This document shows, piece by piece, positions 52,379-64,000 of a stretch of 64,000 nt of DNA (position 1 is the first letter of the stretch; every line of letters begins with the position of its first letter). The stretch is from Paraspadella gotoi (taxonomy: Eukaryota; Animalia; Chaetognatha). The position numbers were made by a program, and so were the translations under genes. A model generated the notes under the pieces. That model worked only from the letters and a program-made list of their open reading frames with translations. It was not told where the DNA came from and did not search any database. The DNA lies in NCBI GenBank assembly GCA_051294375.1, contig CM119265.1, positions 10,930,379-10,994,378 on the forward strand. Reading direction: 5' to 3'.

Positions 52379-55306
52379 TTAGCTCTTGAAAGTGGGCGGG
52401 AGGCCGTCACCGGCTCCGTAAAGTCCAACGCCACCTGCTGGCCAAAAAGTTTTAACCTTAAAATTAGAAAACCTTTTGCGTGAAAGAATCGCGTACTCGC
52501 AAAGCCGGGAGGTTGAGCGACGAATCCCTGCTGAGATTGAACCGGAGCAACCGCTCCGTTGCCAAAGGAGTAGACGGGAGGGGAGGCCTCCGTTGTTGCA
52601 GGCACCGCGCCAGGCGAAAACGCTGGAGCAACCTGATATAAAACGAGGGATCAGGCCGCATTGTTTTTTTTTTTGCTTCATTAAATTTCTATAATTTTTT
52701 TGTATTTCTCTTCCATCGCCTCTCACCTGCGACGCCGGGAGGTAAACGATGACCGGTGCAGGAGGCTGCGGCGGCTGACAACAGGCGCAGCAGCAGGAGC
52801 AGGCATTGGCCTTTCTAATGGCGACGGAGGAAGTAACGATGCCCCAAACGGAGAGACCGAGGGCGATGAGCGACGCGAAGAGCATGATCGACGTCATGGC
52901 TACCATTCCTTCGTAGGCAGAACAATCCAAATCCGGATTTCCGTAAGACGAATAGTAATTACAAAAAAAGAAGCGACGTTCGGTCAAATCCGCGCCTGAC
53001 GTTAGGAAAAATAACAACCAGAGTACAATATTTTTTTATCATAGAAAAATCTTAAAAACATAAGGACCGTCGCAATCGCATAAGAACAAGTTTGAGCAAA
53101 CAATGTCGGATCTGCCCACGATCATTATCGGTAATTAATTAATTATTAATTCATTCAAGTTGATCAGTTAATTAAGCAATTAATTAATTTGATCCGAAAT
53201 GTTTGTTTAGATTAAATAATTGACCGATTAATTGACTAATTGATTAATTAACTGATTAATTATTTGATTAATTAATACATCTTGTATTTACATTTAAAAT
53301 TAAAAAAAAGCATAATCAATTAGTGAAATAGGTTCTTTGTTTTTTCCATTTAAACTCATTTCCACTCAAACGATTCCATCGAAACTTGATTTCCAGTTAT
53401 ATCACACACTTTTCTACCCAAATACCAAATTTCAAGTCAATCGCCCCATCCACTCATATGAGTAATTGGTGTTCAAATAGTGAAATATATTTTTTTGTTT
53501 TTTCCATTTAAAATCATTTCCACTCGGACGATTCCATCGAAACTTCATATCCAGCTCAATCACACACTTCCCTACCCACACACAAAATTTCATTCCAATC
53601 CATCCATCCAATTACGAGTAATTGGTGTTTTTTGCTACGGATGGACAGACGTCATCCATCGAAACTTCATATCCAGCTCAATCACACACTTCCCTACCCA
53701 CACACAAAATTTCATTCCAATCCATCCAATCACGAGTAATTGGTGTTTTTTGCTTAGGTGGGATGGATGGACGGACGGACAGATACAGACGGACGGACAT
53801 CATTTATTTTGCATAATTTATCATAATTCGATGTTCTAACATGATATAAATAAATGCCCGACAATATTGAGGGGGCAAACCGACAAAGTGAATTATAGAG
53901 TCGGGATCTGCTGAAAGCTGATCTGCTGATCTGCTGAAAGCAGATCCAACTAAAAATCTGGATTGACGACAAATTTTGATACTAAAAAAAAATCAAATTT
54001 GAAAGAAAGAAAAGAAAGAATAGAAAGGAAAGAAAAGAAAGAAAAGAAAGGAAAGAAAAAATAGAAAGGAAAGAAAGAATATAAAGGAAAAAAATATAAA
54101 GAAAACAAAAAATAGATAGGAAAAAAGAATAGAAAGGAAAGAAAGAATAGAAAGGAAAGAAAGAATAGAAAGGAAAGAAAGAATAGAAAGGAAAGAAAGA
54201 ATAGAAAGGAAAGAAGAAATTTCGGACGAATCAGCAGTGGCAGCAGCAGAGGCAGCCGCAAAAAAATCAAAAAGCAGCACAAGCAGCAGGAGAAAAAGAA
54301 AAAGCCCCTGCAGAGCCAGCAGCAGACTCGTTTTTTTTTCTTCGATGAATCAGCCTGGGGAAAAGAGAGAGAGAGCTACATATAATTAAAAGAGAGAGAA
54401 GGAGACATAAAAAATCTTAAAAGCATAAGGATCGTCGCAATAGCATAAGAAAAATCTGGATTGACGACAAATTTTGATACTAAAAAAAAGAAAATTTGAG
54501 AATAGAAAATTATATTATAAACAAAGAAAAATTCTATTTTGCGATTGTCAATAAAAAAAATAATAAAGTACAGAAGAAAATTAAAGTTACAGTTTCTGAA
54601 AAATAGCAAAATGATAACATGCACGAATGCGATGCTTAATTTTACAAGTTCAATCCTAATTCAATTTTTTTTTTTAATAAAAACGAAGAGAGAGAGAGAT
54701 AGAGAGAGAGAAAAAAAAAGTAATTCAAAAGGCAGCAGCAGAAGCAGCAGGAGAAAAGAGAGAAAAAGAAAGAGCCACTGCAGAGCCAGCTGCAGACTCA
54801 AAAGGCAGCAGCAGAAGCAGCAGGAGAAAAGAGAGAAAAAGAGTGAGCCCCTGCAGAGCCAGCTGCAGGCTCGTTTTTTTCCCCTGATTATGAAAAGAGA
54901 GAGGGAGAGAGACATGTAATTAAAAGAGAAAAGAGAGAGAGAAAGACATATGAAAATAAAAGAGAGAAAATTTGTTTGTTTTGATAAAATGTAAAACGTA
55001 AAACGTAAACAAAACAGATTTAATAACTGTCCGCACCCAATTTCAAGGACCTTGATGATGAGAAGCTGTATATAAATTTTCAGCTTCATACACCCAAATT
55101 TAATCATCAAAAAGGCGATCTATAATTTGGAACGACGACGACGACGACGCCACTTATGTGCAAAACCACAGCAAAATCATCGCAAACGCAAAGCTATTGC
55201 GACGATAAAAAATGGGGAAAGAAATTCAATATGAACCTGTGACACCAATCATAATCGGCGAGATAAGGATCGTCAAAACCACGTTGAAAACAAGAAAAGA
55301 AATCAC
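52379..55306 (-). CDS. MS4A/CD20-like multi-pass membrane protein, 3' exons (55306-55237, 52995-52727, 52632-~52495, ~52437-52379); possible error-laden upstream exon ~59100-59280
   Basis: TM VISFLVFNVVLTILISPIMIGVT, a two-Cys loop, TM MTSIMLFASLIALGLSVWGIV, juxtamembrane CSCCCACC and a Pro-rich tail. Confidence 0.65.
53085..53952 (-). mobile_element. Complete HINE/Helentron-type non-autonomous element
   Basis: SubTIR GTCGGATCTGC/GCAGATCC(G/A)AC, terminal stem-loop GTTTG-CT-CAAAC and (GGAC/AGAC)n microsatellite. Inserted in an A/T run without TSD; empty site CATAAG|AAAAATCTGG at ~37600 and ~54445. Confidence 0.85.
54410..55210. mobile_element. HINE-like family H2 element
   Basis: Subterminal inverted repeat ATCGTCGCAATAGC (54431) / GCTATTGCGACGAT (55193). 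Confidence 0.55.
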
Positions 55307-55627
55307 CTTTGAGGAAAAAAACAAAAAGGTAGTCGTTTATTAATGTATTTTTTTAATGTTACAAATCTCCATAATAATATCAATATTAATAATCCTAGCA
55401 TGTACCTTCTATAAAAATTTACAAATTACTTGTTTCACTATTTTCTATTTTTATATTTTATGAAGGATTTAATCATATTTAATCAAATATATATTGCTTT
55501 CTTTCTTTCTTAAAAATGTTTTATTTATCTAATGATTTAATTTGGGAAGGGAAAGTCAGTGTTGTCTTCTGGAAATAGAGGGAGCATCTATACAACACAA
55601 GGTTAGATTACTATGTCCTATCTTTTT

Positions 55628-56050
55628 CTATAATTCACTTTGTTGGTCCGTCGATCCGCCCCCTCAATCTTGTCGGGCACTCACTTATATCATGTCAGAA
55701 TATCGAATTATGATAAATTATGCAAAAAAAATGTCAGACCGTCTGTCTGTCCGTCCCACCTTAGCAAAAAACACCAATTACTTGTGATTGGATGGAGGGA
55801 TTGGAATAAAATTTTGTGTGGGTAGGGAAGTGTGTGATTGAGCAGGATATGAAGTTTCGATGGAATCGTCCAAGTGGAAAGGTGGGACGGACAGACACAG
55901 ACGAATGGACATCATTTTTTTGCATAATTTATCATAATTCGATGTTCTGACATGATATAAGTGAATGCTCGACAAGATTGAGTGGGCGGACCGACGGATT
56001 GACAAAGTGAATAATAAAGTCGGGATCTGCTGAAAGCAGATCCGACTAAA
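55628..56050. mobile_element. Inverted pair of HINE fragments
   Basis: Two opposite-orientation copies of the 53750-53950 segment. Confidence 0.65.
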
Positions 56051-56597
56051 AACGAAATAAAAACCCGATGTTGCGATAGCAAAATGATAACATACACGAA
56101 TGCGATGCCTAATTTTACGAGTTAAATCCTAATTAAATTTTTTTTTAATAAAAAGGCAGAGAGAGAGAGAGAAAGAGAAAAAAATCAAAAAATCAAAAGG
56201 CAGCAGCATAAGCAGCAGGAGAAAAGAGAGAAAAAGAAAGAGCCCCTGCAGAGCCAGCTGCAGACTCAAAAGGCAGCAGCAGAAGCAGTAGGAAAAAAGA
56301 GAGAAAAAGAAAGAGCCCCTGCAGATTCGTTTTTTTTCCGATGAATCAGCACTGTGGAAAAGAGAGAGAGCTGCATTTAATTAAAAGAGAAAAGAGAGAG
56401 AGAAGGAAACATAAAAATAAAAGAGAGGAAAACATTTAATAACTGTCCTGACCCAATTTTAAGCACATCAATGATTAGAAGCTGTATATAAATATTCAGC
56501 TTCATACACCCAAATTTAATAATCAAAAAGGCGATCTATAATTTGGAACGCCAACGACGACGACGACGACGCCACTTATGTGCAAAACCATAGCAAT

Positions 56598-57172
56598 AAA
56601 ACCTGTTTCACTAATTGATTATGCTTCTTTTTATTTTTATATTAAATGTAAATGCAAGTATGGTGGACTAAAATCCACCAACCGTTCATCAGCGGCCATT
56701 GGTGCCGGAGGCAAGTCATTCGCCTCCCAACCCAAAGGTCCGGGGTTCTAGCCCGGTGGTCGTCTGGCAGTTAAGAGGGACGGGGCGCTTAACCCGCCTG
56801 TAACATGGTGTTACAGCCTGATCCGAAGCTCAGGGACTGCTTATATTGAACGGTTCTGTCATTAACACATATAAATAATTACTGTTTCTTCACAAGATGT
56901 ATTAATTAATCAAATAAATAATCAGTTAATTAATCAGTTGGTCAATTAATTAATCAATAATTAAATAATCAATTAAGTCAATCGTTATGGGCATTATTCT
57001 CATCGTCGTCATTGCTTTTGTCGTGGTTAGTGACAAAAAGTCCTAAAAACAAACATTTGGTATCAAATTAAATAATTAATTAATAAATGAATTGCCTAAT
57101 TAATTAATTAATTAATTATTAATTAACGATAATGATCGTGGGCAGATCCGACATTGTTTGCTCAAACTTGTT
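56598..57172 (+). mobile_element. HINE 3' part interrupted by LTR family A
   Basis: Ends GGCAGATCCGACATTGTTTGCTCAAACTTGTT. Confidence 0.75.
56659..56892 (+). mobile_element. Solo LTR family A with tRNA-Gly-like core (56692-56763)
   Basis: TATGG...CTTCA with TSD CAAG. The empty site with a single CAAG is in the HINE copy at ~58615-58630. Confidence 0.9.
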
Positions 57173-58394
57173 CTAATAGATATCACATGAAGAGACAGTA
57201 ATTAATTATTGTTATGTGTTAATGACAGAACCGTTAAATATACGGTACACGAAGCGTAGAGTGTCCTTTTTCCAGGGATGAAATAATTCTTCTATTTTTA
57301 AATCCAATGAGCTTATATTTTAACATAAAATAGTCTCAACGTTGATCTATTGCCCATTGGGTTAAAATTTAAATCGGACAATTTTTAAAGTTGCATAACT
57401 TGGTAATTTTATGTAGTACATTTTTAAAATTTTATATATACATACTCAAAAGGGTTTGTGAGATGTTGTCAGAATATGAATAAAATTTGAGCAGTTTTAT
57501 TAGCATTTACAAATGGGAAATATTTTAGATGTGTCATTTTTTTAATCAGTCATAACTATTATATTAGTGAATATTATGCTTTTATATTACAGTCTTAGAT
57601 GGGCCTTCGGTAGCTCTACAACATATATGAGTTTCGGTCATCTCGAAAAAAATTTTGTCACAGGTCAAAATTTTAATAACAAAATTCAATTGTCATTTAT
57701 ACCTAAAATATGCAGAGAACTGGATTTATTTTTTAACCATAAAATAGCCAAAGCATACTTTATCTGCTGGTGGTCTAAAAAATTTTAATTAAAATAAGCA
57801 TAATCTCATTGCATATTTAAAGATTTTTCTACTTTACTAAATTTCTCCTTACTAGGTAAGTATTTTTTTATTGGTTTAAGTGCATAACAATTGCTTTAAC
57901 TTAAGCTTATTTTAGAGAATTTCTAGCTTTATTTTCAAATTGATATTATTTTTAAGATATTACTTTAAAGATATTTATTAATACTTTATCAAATTTCAAA
58001 TTTTTTTATTATTATAAAAAGCTTTTATTAAATGAATGGATAATTTTTATATTGGTTGTACCAATTTCATAAAGGTTCCCCTATAGACTAGAGTTATTAT
58101 TATTATTATTATTATAAAAAGAGATTAAGACAAGGATTCTAAATAAATAAATTTTTTGTAAATTAGATCATCCAAGGCCGAGATATGGCATTTTGAAATT
58201 GTCAAAGAGAAAAAAAAAACACTTTTTAAACCCCAATAAAAAACTGTACAATCAAAATATCTCTTTAATATTTTAAAGATAGGTAATATTTTCATTCAAA
58301 TTAACAGTCTTTAAGTTTCAGATCAATCGGAAAACTTTTACTATTAAATCTTTAAGGAGAAAGTTAATTTTTGAAAAAAATCGATTTTTAAAAA

Positions 58395-58975
58395 ACAAGA
58401 TTGAGCAATGAGCAATCAATGTCGGATCTGCCTACGATCATCATCGGTAATTAATTAATTAATAAATTAATAATTAATTTATTCAAGTTAATTATTTAAT
58501 TACTTAGGCAATTAGATCAGAAATGTTTGTTTTGATTGATTAATTGACTGATTAATTAATTATTGATTAATTGACTAATTGAATAATTAACTGATTAATT
58601 ATTTGATTAATTAATACATCTTGCATTTACATTTAAAAGAAAAAGAAGCATAATCAATTAGTGAAACAGGTTTTTGTTTTTTCAATTTAAACTCATTTCC
58701 ACTCAAACGATTCCATCGTAACCTGATTTTCAGTTTAATCACACACTTTTCTACCCAAATACAAAATTTCATTCCAATCTATCCATCCAATCACGAGTAA
58801 TTGGTGTTTTTTGCTAAGGTGGGACGGACTGACGGACAGAGACACGGACGGACATCGTTTTTTTTTGCATAATTTATCATAATTCAAATGTTCTGACATG
58901 ATATAAGTGAATGCCCGCCAAGATTGAGGGGGCGGACCGAAAAAGAGTCGAGATCTGCTGCAAGCCGATCTGACA
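58395..58975 (-). mobile_element. HINE element
   Basis: Same termini and core as 53085-53952. Absent from the paralogous junction at ~63945-63975. Confidence 0.8.
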
Positions 58976-59549
58976 AAAAATAGACAGATGAATAATGTAA
59001 AAAGGTTAAAGTTACGATGTGTTGAGAGAGCGAGGGCAGAAGACATCCTTGTATGAACGCTATATTGTAAAATGGGCCATATTGGATTCGTCCCCACCAC
59101 GATGACCCTGGTGCAGAGTCTGAGCAGGACGCTGAAGGCCCGCTGGACGCCGCCAGAGAAAACTGGTGGGTGCATTTTTACTTTTGAGCCTCCATGCAAC
59201 TCCGCATGAAGATTCCAACGCCATCAAACTGACGCTAGGCAAGACGCTGACGCTCCCCGGTTAACTACTTCCGGTTCCAGCTATCAATAAATCAATCCAT
59301 CCATCAATCAATAAATCAATTTATCATCCAATCCATCAATTAATCAATAAACTGTTGCATCAACATGGGCATGATTAAATTCAGCGCAATTCATAGAACA
59401 AGGGTAAAAGGAAATTATTGTTCTTTTCCTATCACTCATAAATTTACAACTTTATTGATTTTTCAGACAAAGAATTACAGATAAATGACAAAGAGACGTG
59501 ATGTAATTACGTACTTAAGAATTAACAGTTATCAGTATATTTCTTTTTT

Positions 59550-59586
<37 letters not shown>

Positions 59587-60173
59587 AAAGACTTCTTGAT
59601 CTTCACGCTTTGAGGCCCAAGGCGTTCGACGTGTCACCCGTCAAGAAAGGGGTTCAGACGAATCTCGAGGAATATATTACGTATATTGGTCAGGAAAAAT
59701 TGTGGCAATAATCGTGACAAAAACAGTAGTGAAGTCGCGAAAACGCGTAAAAACATTTTCCAACGAGCGACGTTCAAAAGGTTCATTAATGACTGAAAAG
59801 CAAGTGACAAAAATTTGGAAAAGTAGATTTAATAATTGACCGTCATCAAAAACTGGCCGAGATAGAGAAAGAGAAAAATATGACCAAAAAAGGACAATTC
59901 TCTTTCACACTTTCTCTCTTTCTCTCTCTACATTCTTAGACTTTTTTTTCAGACCTGATTTTCTATTGTCAATTTATGATTCATGAATATTAACTTTCCC
60001 AGATTAATTCCAAATCAACACAATGCTGCAGAGCGACCAATGCCTCAACCTGGCGATGCACTTCTACCGCCAACACACATCAGGCGACATGCCTCAACTT
60101 GGTGGAGAACTTCCACCACAACACAATTCACTGAAGAGACACAACAGACTTCTCCCTAAGGGAGGGGGGGATG

Positions 60174-60410
60174 TATGGTGGACTAAAAACCACCAAGCGT
60201 TCATCCAGCGGCCATTGTGCCCTCGGAGGCAATTCATCGCGCTCCCAACCAAAGGTCCAGGGTTCTAGCCCGGTGGTCGTCTGGCAGTTAAGAGGACGGG
60301 GCGCTTAACGCCGCCTGTAACATGGTGTTACAGCCTGATCCGAAGCTCAGGGACTGCTTATATTGAAGCGGTTCTGTCATTAACACTTTATCAATAATAC
60401 TCTCTCTTCA
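60174..60410 (+). mobile_element. LTR family A copy preceded by a polypurine tract (3' LTR of a truncated element)
   Basis: AAGGGAGGGGGGGA-TG immediately upstream; no TSD, unlike the three solo copies. Confidence 0.8.
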
Positions 60411-60715
60411 AAACTAATATTTTTGTGGAAATAAATCATTTTTGTGGAAGAGTAAATGTCTGGGCAACCTGTTCAAACAAAAAAAATAAGATAAAAAAAC
60501 GAATTTTGACCATTTTTTGCCCCATGGTGACCCCTACCAGCGCCATAACTCGGCTCAGGGGTCAAATATTGAAATTCGCTCAATATTTTATTTGTATTCA
60601 CATAGGGATCGTTAATACCAAATTTCATTCAAAAATCTATTCAATAGTCTTCTCGGGAAGCATGATCTGGTCACAAAAAATGGGTACCACATGTTTTATA
60701 ATATGAAGCCTTCTG
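60411..60715. mobile_element. Right arm of TA-target foldback MITE
   Basis: Ends TTTATAATATGAAGCCTTCTG-TA. Confidence 0.75.
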
Positions 60716-60836
60716 TAAATATTTTCAAAAACTGATCTATTTTTAAAGAAAATATCCAGTGTTAATTATATTTATCTATCCTATTTGCAGCCGTCGTTCA
60801 AATCCACCCTCCTCCACGCAAACCGCCCCTGCCGCC

Positions 60837-61193
60837 ATGAGCCACGCCGCTCGGGTGTTTTCGCACAACGCGTGCTCTTGCATCGGACAAACTCGTCTGC
60901 GCCGCCGTCATTGTGGTCTTGCAAAATCGCCTTCCCTCGTCGTCGTGGCACGAATAACGAACTTAGAAGGTCGGGATAAATTGGAATGTCACCGGATATA
61001 CTACAACTGCGACAGATAACTAACTTTTTTATGGAAGAACTGCCATCTGGGGAGCAAAGAATTTGAAAGCACTCACCTTACCTTTTTGGAGGTCTGTCTC
61101 CCACGGAGGCTTCCGGGATCTGGCTGTGGTATCATTATCGGCATCTGCGGAGCTCTCGTTGTGGCGCCGCTTCGCAAGAGATCAAACCCCTTG
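60837..61193 (+). pseudogene. MS4A/CD20-like paralog, TM1 and TM2 exons with several 1-nt indels (errors or decay)
   Basis: Allowing indels, the sequence reads IGQLVCAAVIVVLQIAFLVVVA and SGIWCGIIIGICGALVVAA.SKRSNPL|GT. Confidence 0.45.
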
Positions 61194-61406
61194 GTAGTAT
61201 TATTACATAAGCAACAATGAAGAATCACCATTTGGTGATGGCTCGCCTACTACCTGGATATTGGGATTAAGAGCCGAAATCAATGAAGGGTATAGGTTCC
61301 CACTGATGACTCCATTGTAAAAAGATAAAAAATATTCAAAAAAGAATATTAAAAAAGTAGGATAATAATTTTCATTAAAGTTATTTTAAAATTATATTCC
61401 TAACAT

Positions 61407-61590
61407 ACTCTGGAGTGAATAAACGGGACTTTGAGAGAGTCTTGATGAAAGCTTGGCAGGGACCTACTATGTAATTATCTTTAAGACGTGAAGGTGGGCC
61501 TTAAACCACCAAAGCCTGTTCAAAGTCAGGGCAAGATAGCTTATTTATTAAATGAATGGATAATTTTTATATTGGTTGTACCAATTTCAT
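61407..61590 (+). mobile_element. Family R repeat copy
   Basis: Same fixed end. Confidence 0.75.
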
Positions 61591-64000
61591 AAAGGTTCCC
61601 CTATAGACTAGACGTTATTATTATTATTTATTATTATAAAAAGAGATTAAGACAAGGATCTACATAAAATAAATTTTTTTGTTAAATTAGATCATCCAAG
61701 CCGAGATATGGCAATTTTGAAATTGTAAGAGAAAAAAAATACCCCTTTTAACCGCCAATAAAAAACTGTACAATCAAAAATATCTCTTTAATATTTTAAG
61801 ATAGGTATATTTTCATTCAATTAACAGAGTCTTTAAGTTTCAGATCAATCGGAAAAACTTTTACTATTAAATCTTTAAGGAGAAAAGTTAATTTTAAAGG
61901 TAAGTCCACCAGAAAGAAATAGAATACTTTGAAACACAAAAAATGACAAAATATAAGTTTACTACATTTCGAGAATCGAAATCTGATCCAACATTTTCTT
62001 TCCAATTGAATTTAATAAGTAGTAATCAGTACAATGAGAACTTCACACGCTTGCATTTTCAAATACTTTTATTTATGGACTGATGAGAGCTAATGAATTC
62101 CTAGCCACGTTTATCTCTTTCAGTTATTGATTAAAAACATACGAGCCAATTAGTTAGCAAATGTAACATCTTTATAATACTGACAGGTAAGAGAACATAT
62201 TTCTTAATAAAAACTAAGAACATGTGATTACAATCTGCTTAGCTTATAAATGAACGAATTGTAACATTGTTTTTTTTCAAATTAACTAACTATGAATGCT
62301 AGATAAATTGTTAACAATTGTATATAGATATTTTTAAATGCATTCAACAGACTTAGTAATCAGACATCTCAGGAAATAATCCGATTTTATATTTCTTTTC
62401 TTCTTCTATTCTCGCTTCTTGTGTATTCGTCCTTTTTGTTTGACAAACATTTTCCAAAAAATACTTTTAATAAACTATGTCAAACTACCTCTTATATTTA
62501 TCTCTTTGTACATAGTTTATTTCTAAAGGTTTTCTTAATCTGTAGGCAATGCCTAATCTAGCTTAGAATCCTGTCATATTCTGATTTCTTTACTCCAATG
62601 AGCTTGTTTGGATCGACTTTTCTTTCCTACCTCTTTTCTCAATCCTTCCTTCCATCCCCTGATCAAATAATTCCTTCCTTCTCTTTGACTTTGTACCTTA
62701 TTATTTCTTTTTTACTGTTTTATATTTAGTCTTTTCTGAAAATGAGTCTTTTTTAATTATGCTATTTTCTTGATCTTCTACTGAGCTTCATCTTAAAACG
62801 TCATCATAAATAAGCCTTTTTGACTCCCAAAATAAAACATGTCCTGCTACCCGTGAATGATTGTTAAGCTTTTTTTGAGACGAAAAACGACCGAGAAGGG
62901 AGAAGACTCGGGAGTTCAATGCTCAGATTTGCTATTTTATTCTTTATGTACTATATTTCTGAGTACTACTTATATAAAATGATATTAAGTTATTATTCCA
63001 CATGGAGAGAAAACGTTATAAAAAAAATTTTGTGTATGAATTATGTCATTAACTGTAATATTTTATTATAAATTTTGAGTGTGAACACATAGCAGGATTC
63101 TATCTATTATTCTCCCCCCATCCTTCTGCTCTACACGTTTCTCTCTCTCATCAAATCTGTCGATCTAGAAATATAAAGAAAGTCGATCGGTCGACATTTT
63201 TGCTTTTAGTGACTTAGCTTTGTTTATATATTTTATATATATACTTAATGGTAAGCCTATTTTTGTCAGTATATTGTAGCAATTGCATTTTAAAACTAAA
63301 ATATTGCAAATGACAAATTACATTCTACTGTTTATCATTGAAGAAAAAAGGCAATCACAAAAGTCGCATTACTATAGCAAACCTTAAAGAGAAGACTCTT
63401 AATAATTATTGTGGAAGTTATACACAAAAAAACTTTATTAATTTTGAATAATTCTCAATATAATTAATAATGTTATTATGCCTATTTTCTTATTTAACAT
63501 TTAAGCATTTTCGTGGAATTTACAAATTTGTAATGTTTTTTGTCGTCAATACTTCTCAAAAAAATTCATCACGAAACTTAGACGATTTAGACAAAAAAGA
63601 TTAAACGCGTTTCTTGAAGTATAATGAATAATTATGTCTGCTGATCAAACGATTTAAAAATAAAAAAATTGAATTCTAACATACTTCTTGCCACAATTAG
63701 TTATGCTGAAGAAGAAATGTTGAAAATCGGTAATTAATAAGGAAGTGCTATGACTTTTTATTTGTTAAATTAGAAAAAGAATTGTTAAGTGCTTTATGTT
63801 GAGTACATTACCGAAAGAGTGGACTTTTGATTAATGAGTTATTTTTAACAATACTTGAGAACTATAACGTGGCCATTTGTCAATGTGAGTGCAAATTAAA
63901 TTTTTACTATAATTGTGAAGTAAAAATTGAAAGATTATTGGAAAAAATCGATTTTTTAAAAGAAAATATGATAATGTAAGGAAAGTTACGATGTGTTGAG

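Noticed and set aside
56692-56763. Functional tRNA-Gly gene
   Set aside because: The anticodon stem (TTCGC/CCCAA) does not pair, and the sequence is always embedded in a TSD-flanked repeat.
62078-62110. Hammerhead at CTGATGAG
   Set aside because: No GAAA or stem III follows.

Overview
AT-rich invertebrate (metazoan) genomic DNA with spliced, GC-richer exons. Genes reconstructed by hand from splice signals and protein-family recognition: ceramide kinase 5' exons (-), an F-BAR protein with an acidic tyrosine-repeat tail (+), WDR45B/WIPI3 (-), copine (-), FAIM (-) and two MS4A/CD20-like membrane genes. The 17-kb intron of WDR45B hosts a nested ~1,400-aa secreted His-rich protein with repeated KR cleavage sites and a C-terminal CBM14 chitin-binding domain (+). 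A ~7.8-kb duplication flanking an N-gap is most likely an assembly artefact. Introns are packed with nested mobile elements: TA-target MITEs, Helentron-type (HINE) elements carrying satellites, and Penelope-type minimal hammerhead ribozymes. Three sequence-distinct families of short solo LTRs all run 5'-TATG...CA-3' with 4-bp TSDs; two carry different tRNA-derived cores (Gly-like, Met-like) and one is a multi-hairpin cassette. One copy keeps a polypurine tract and internal sequence. All identifications are by eye; no database search was run.
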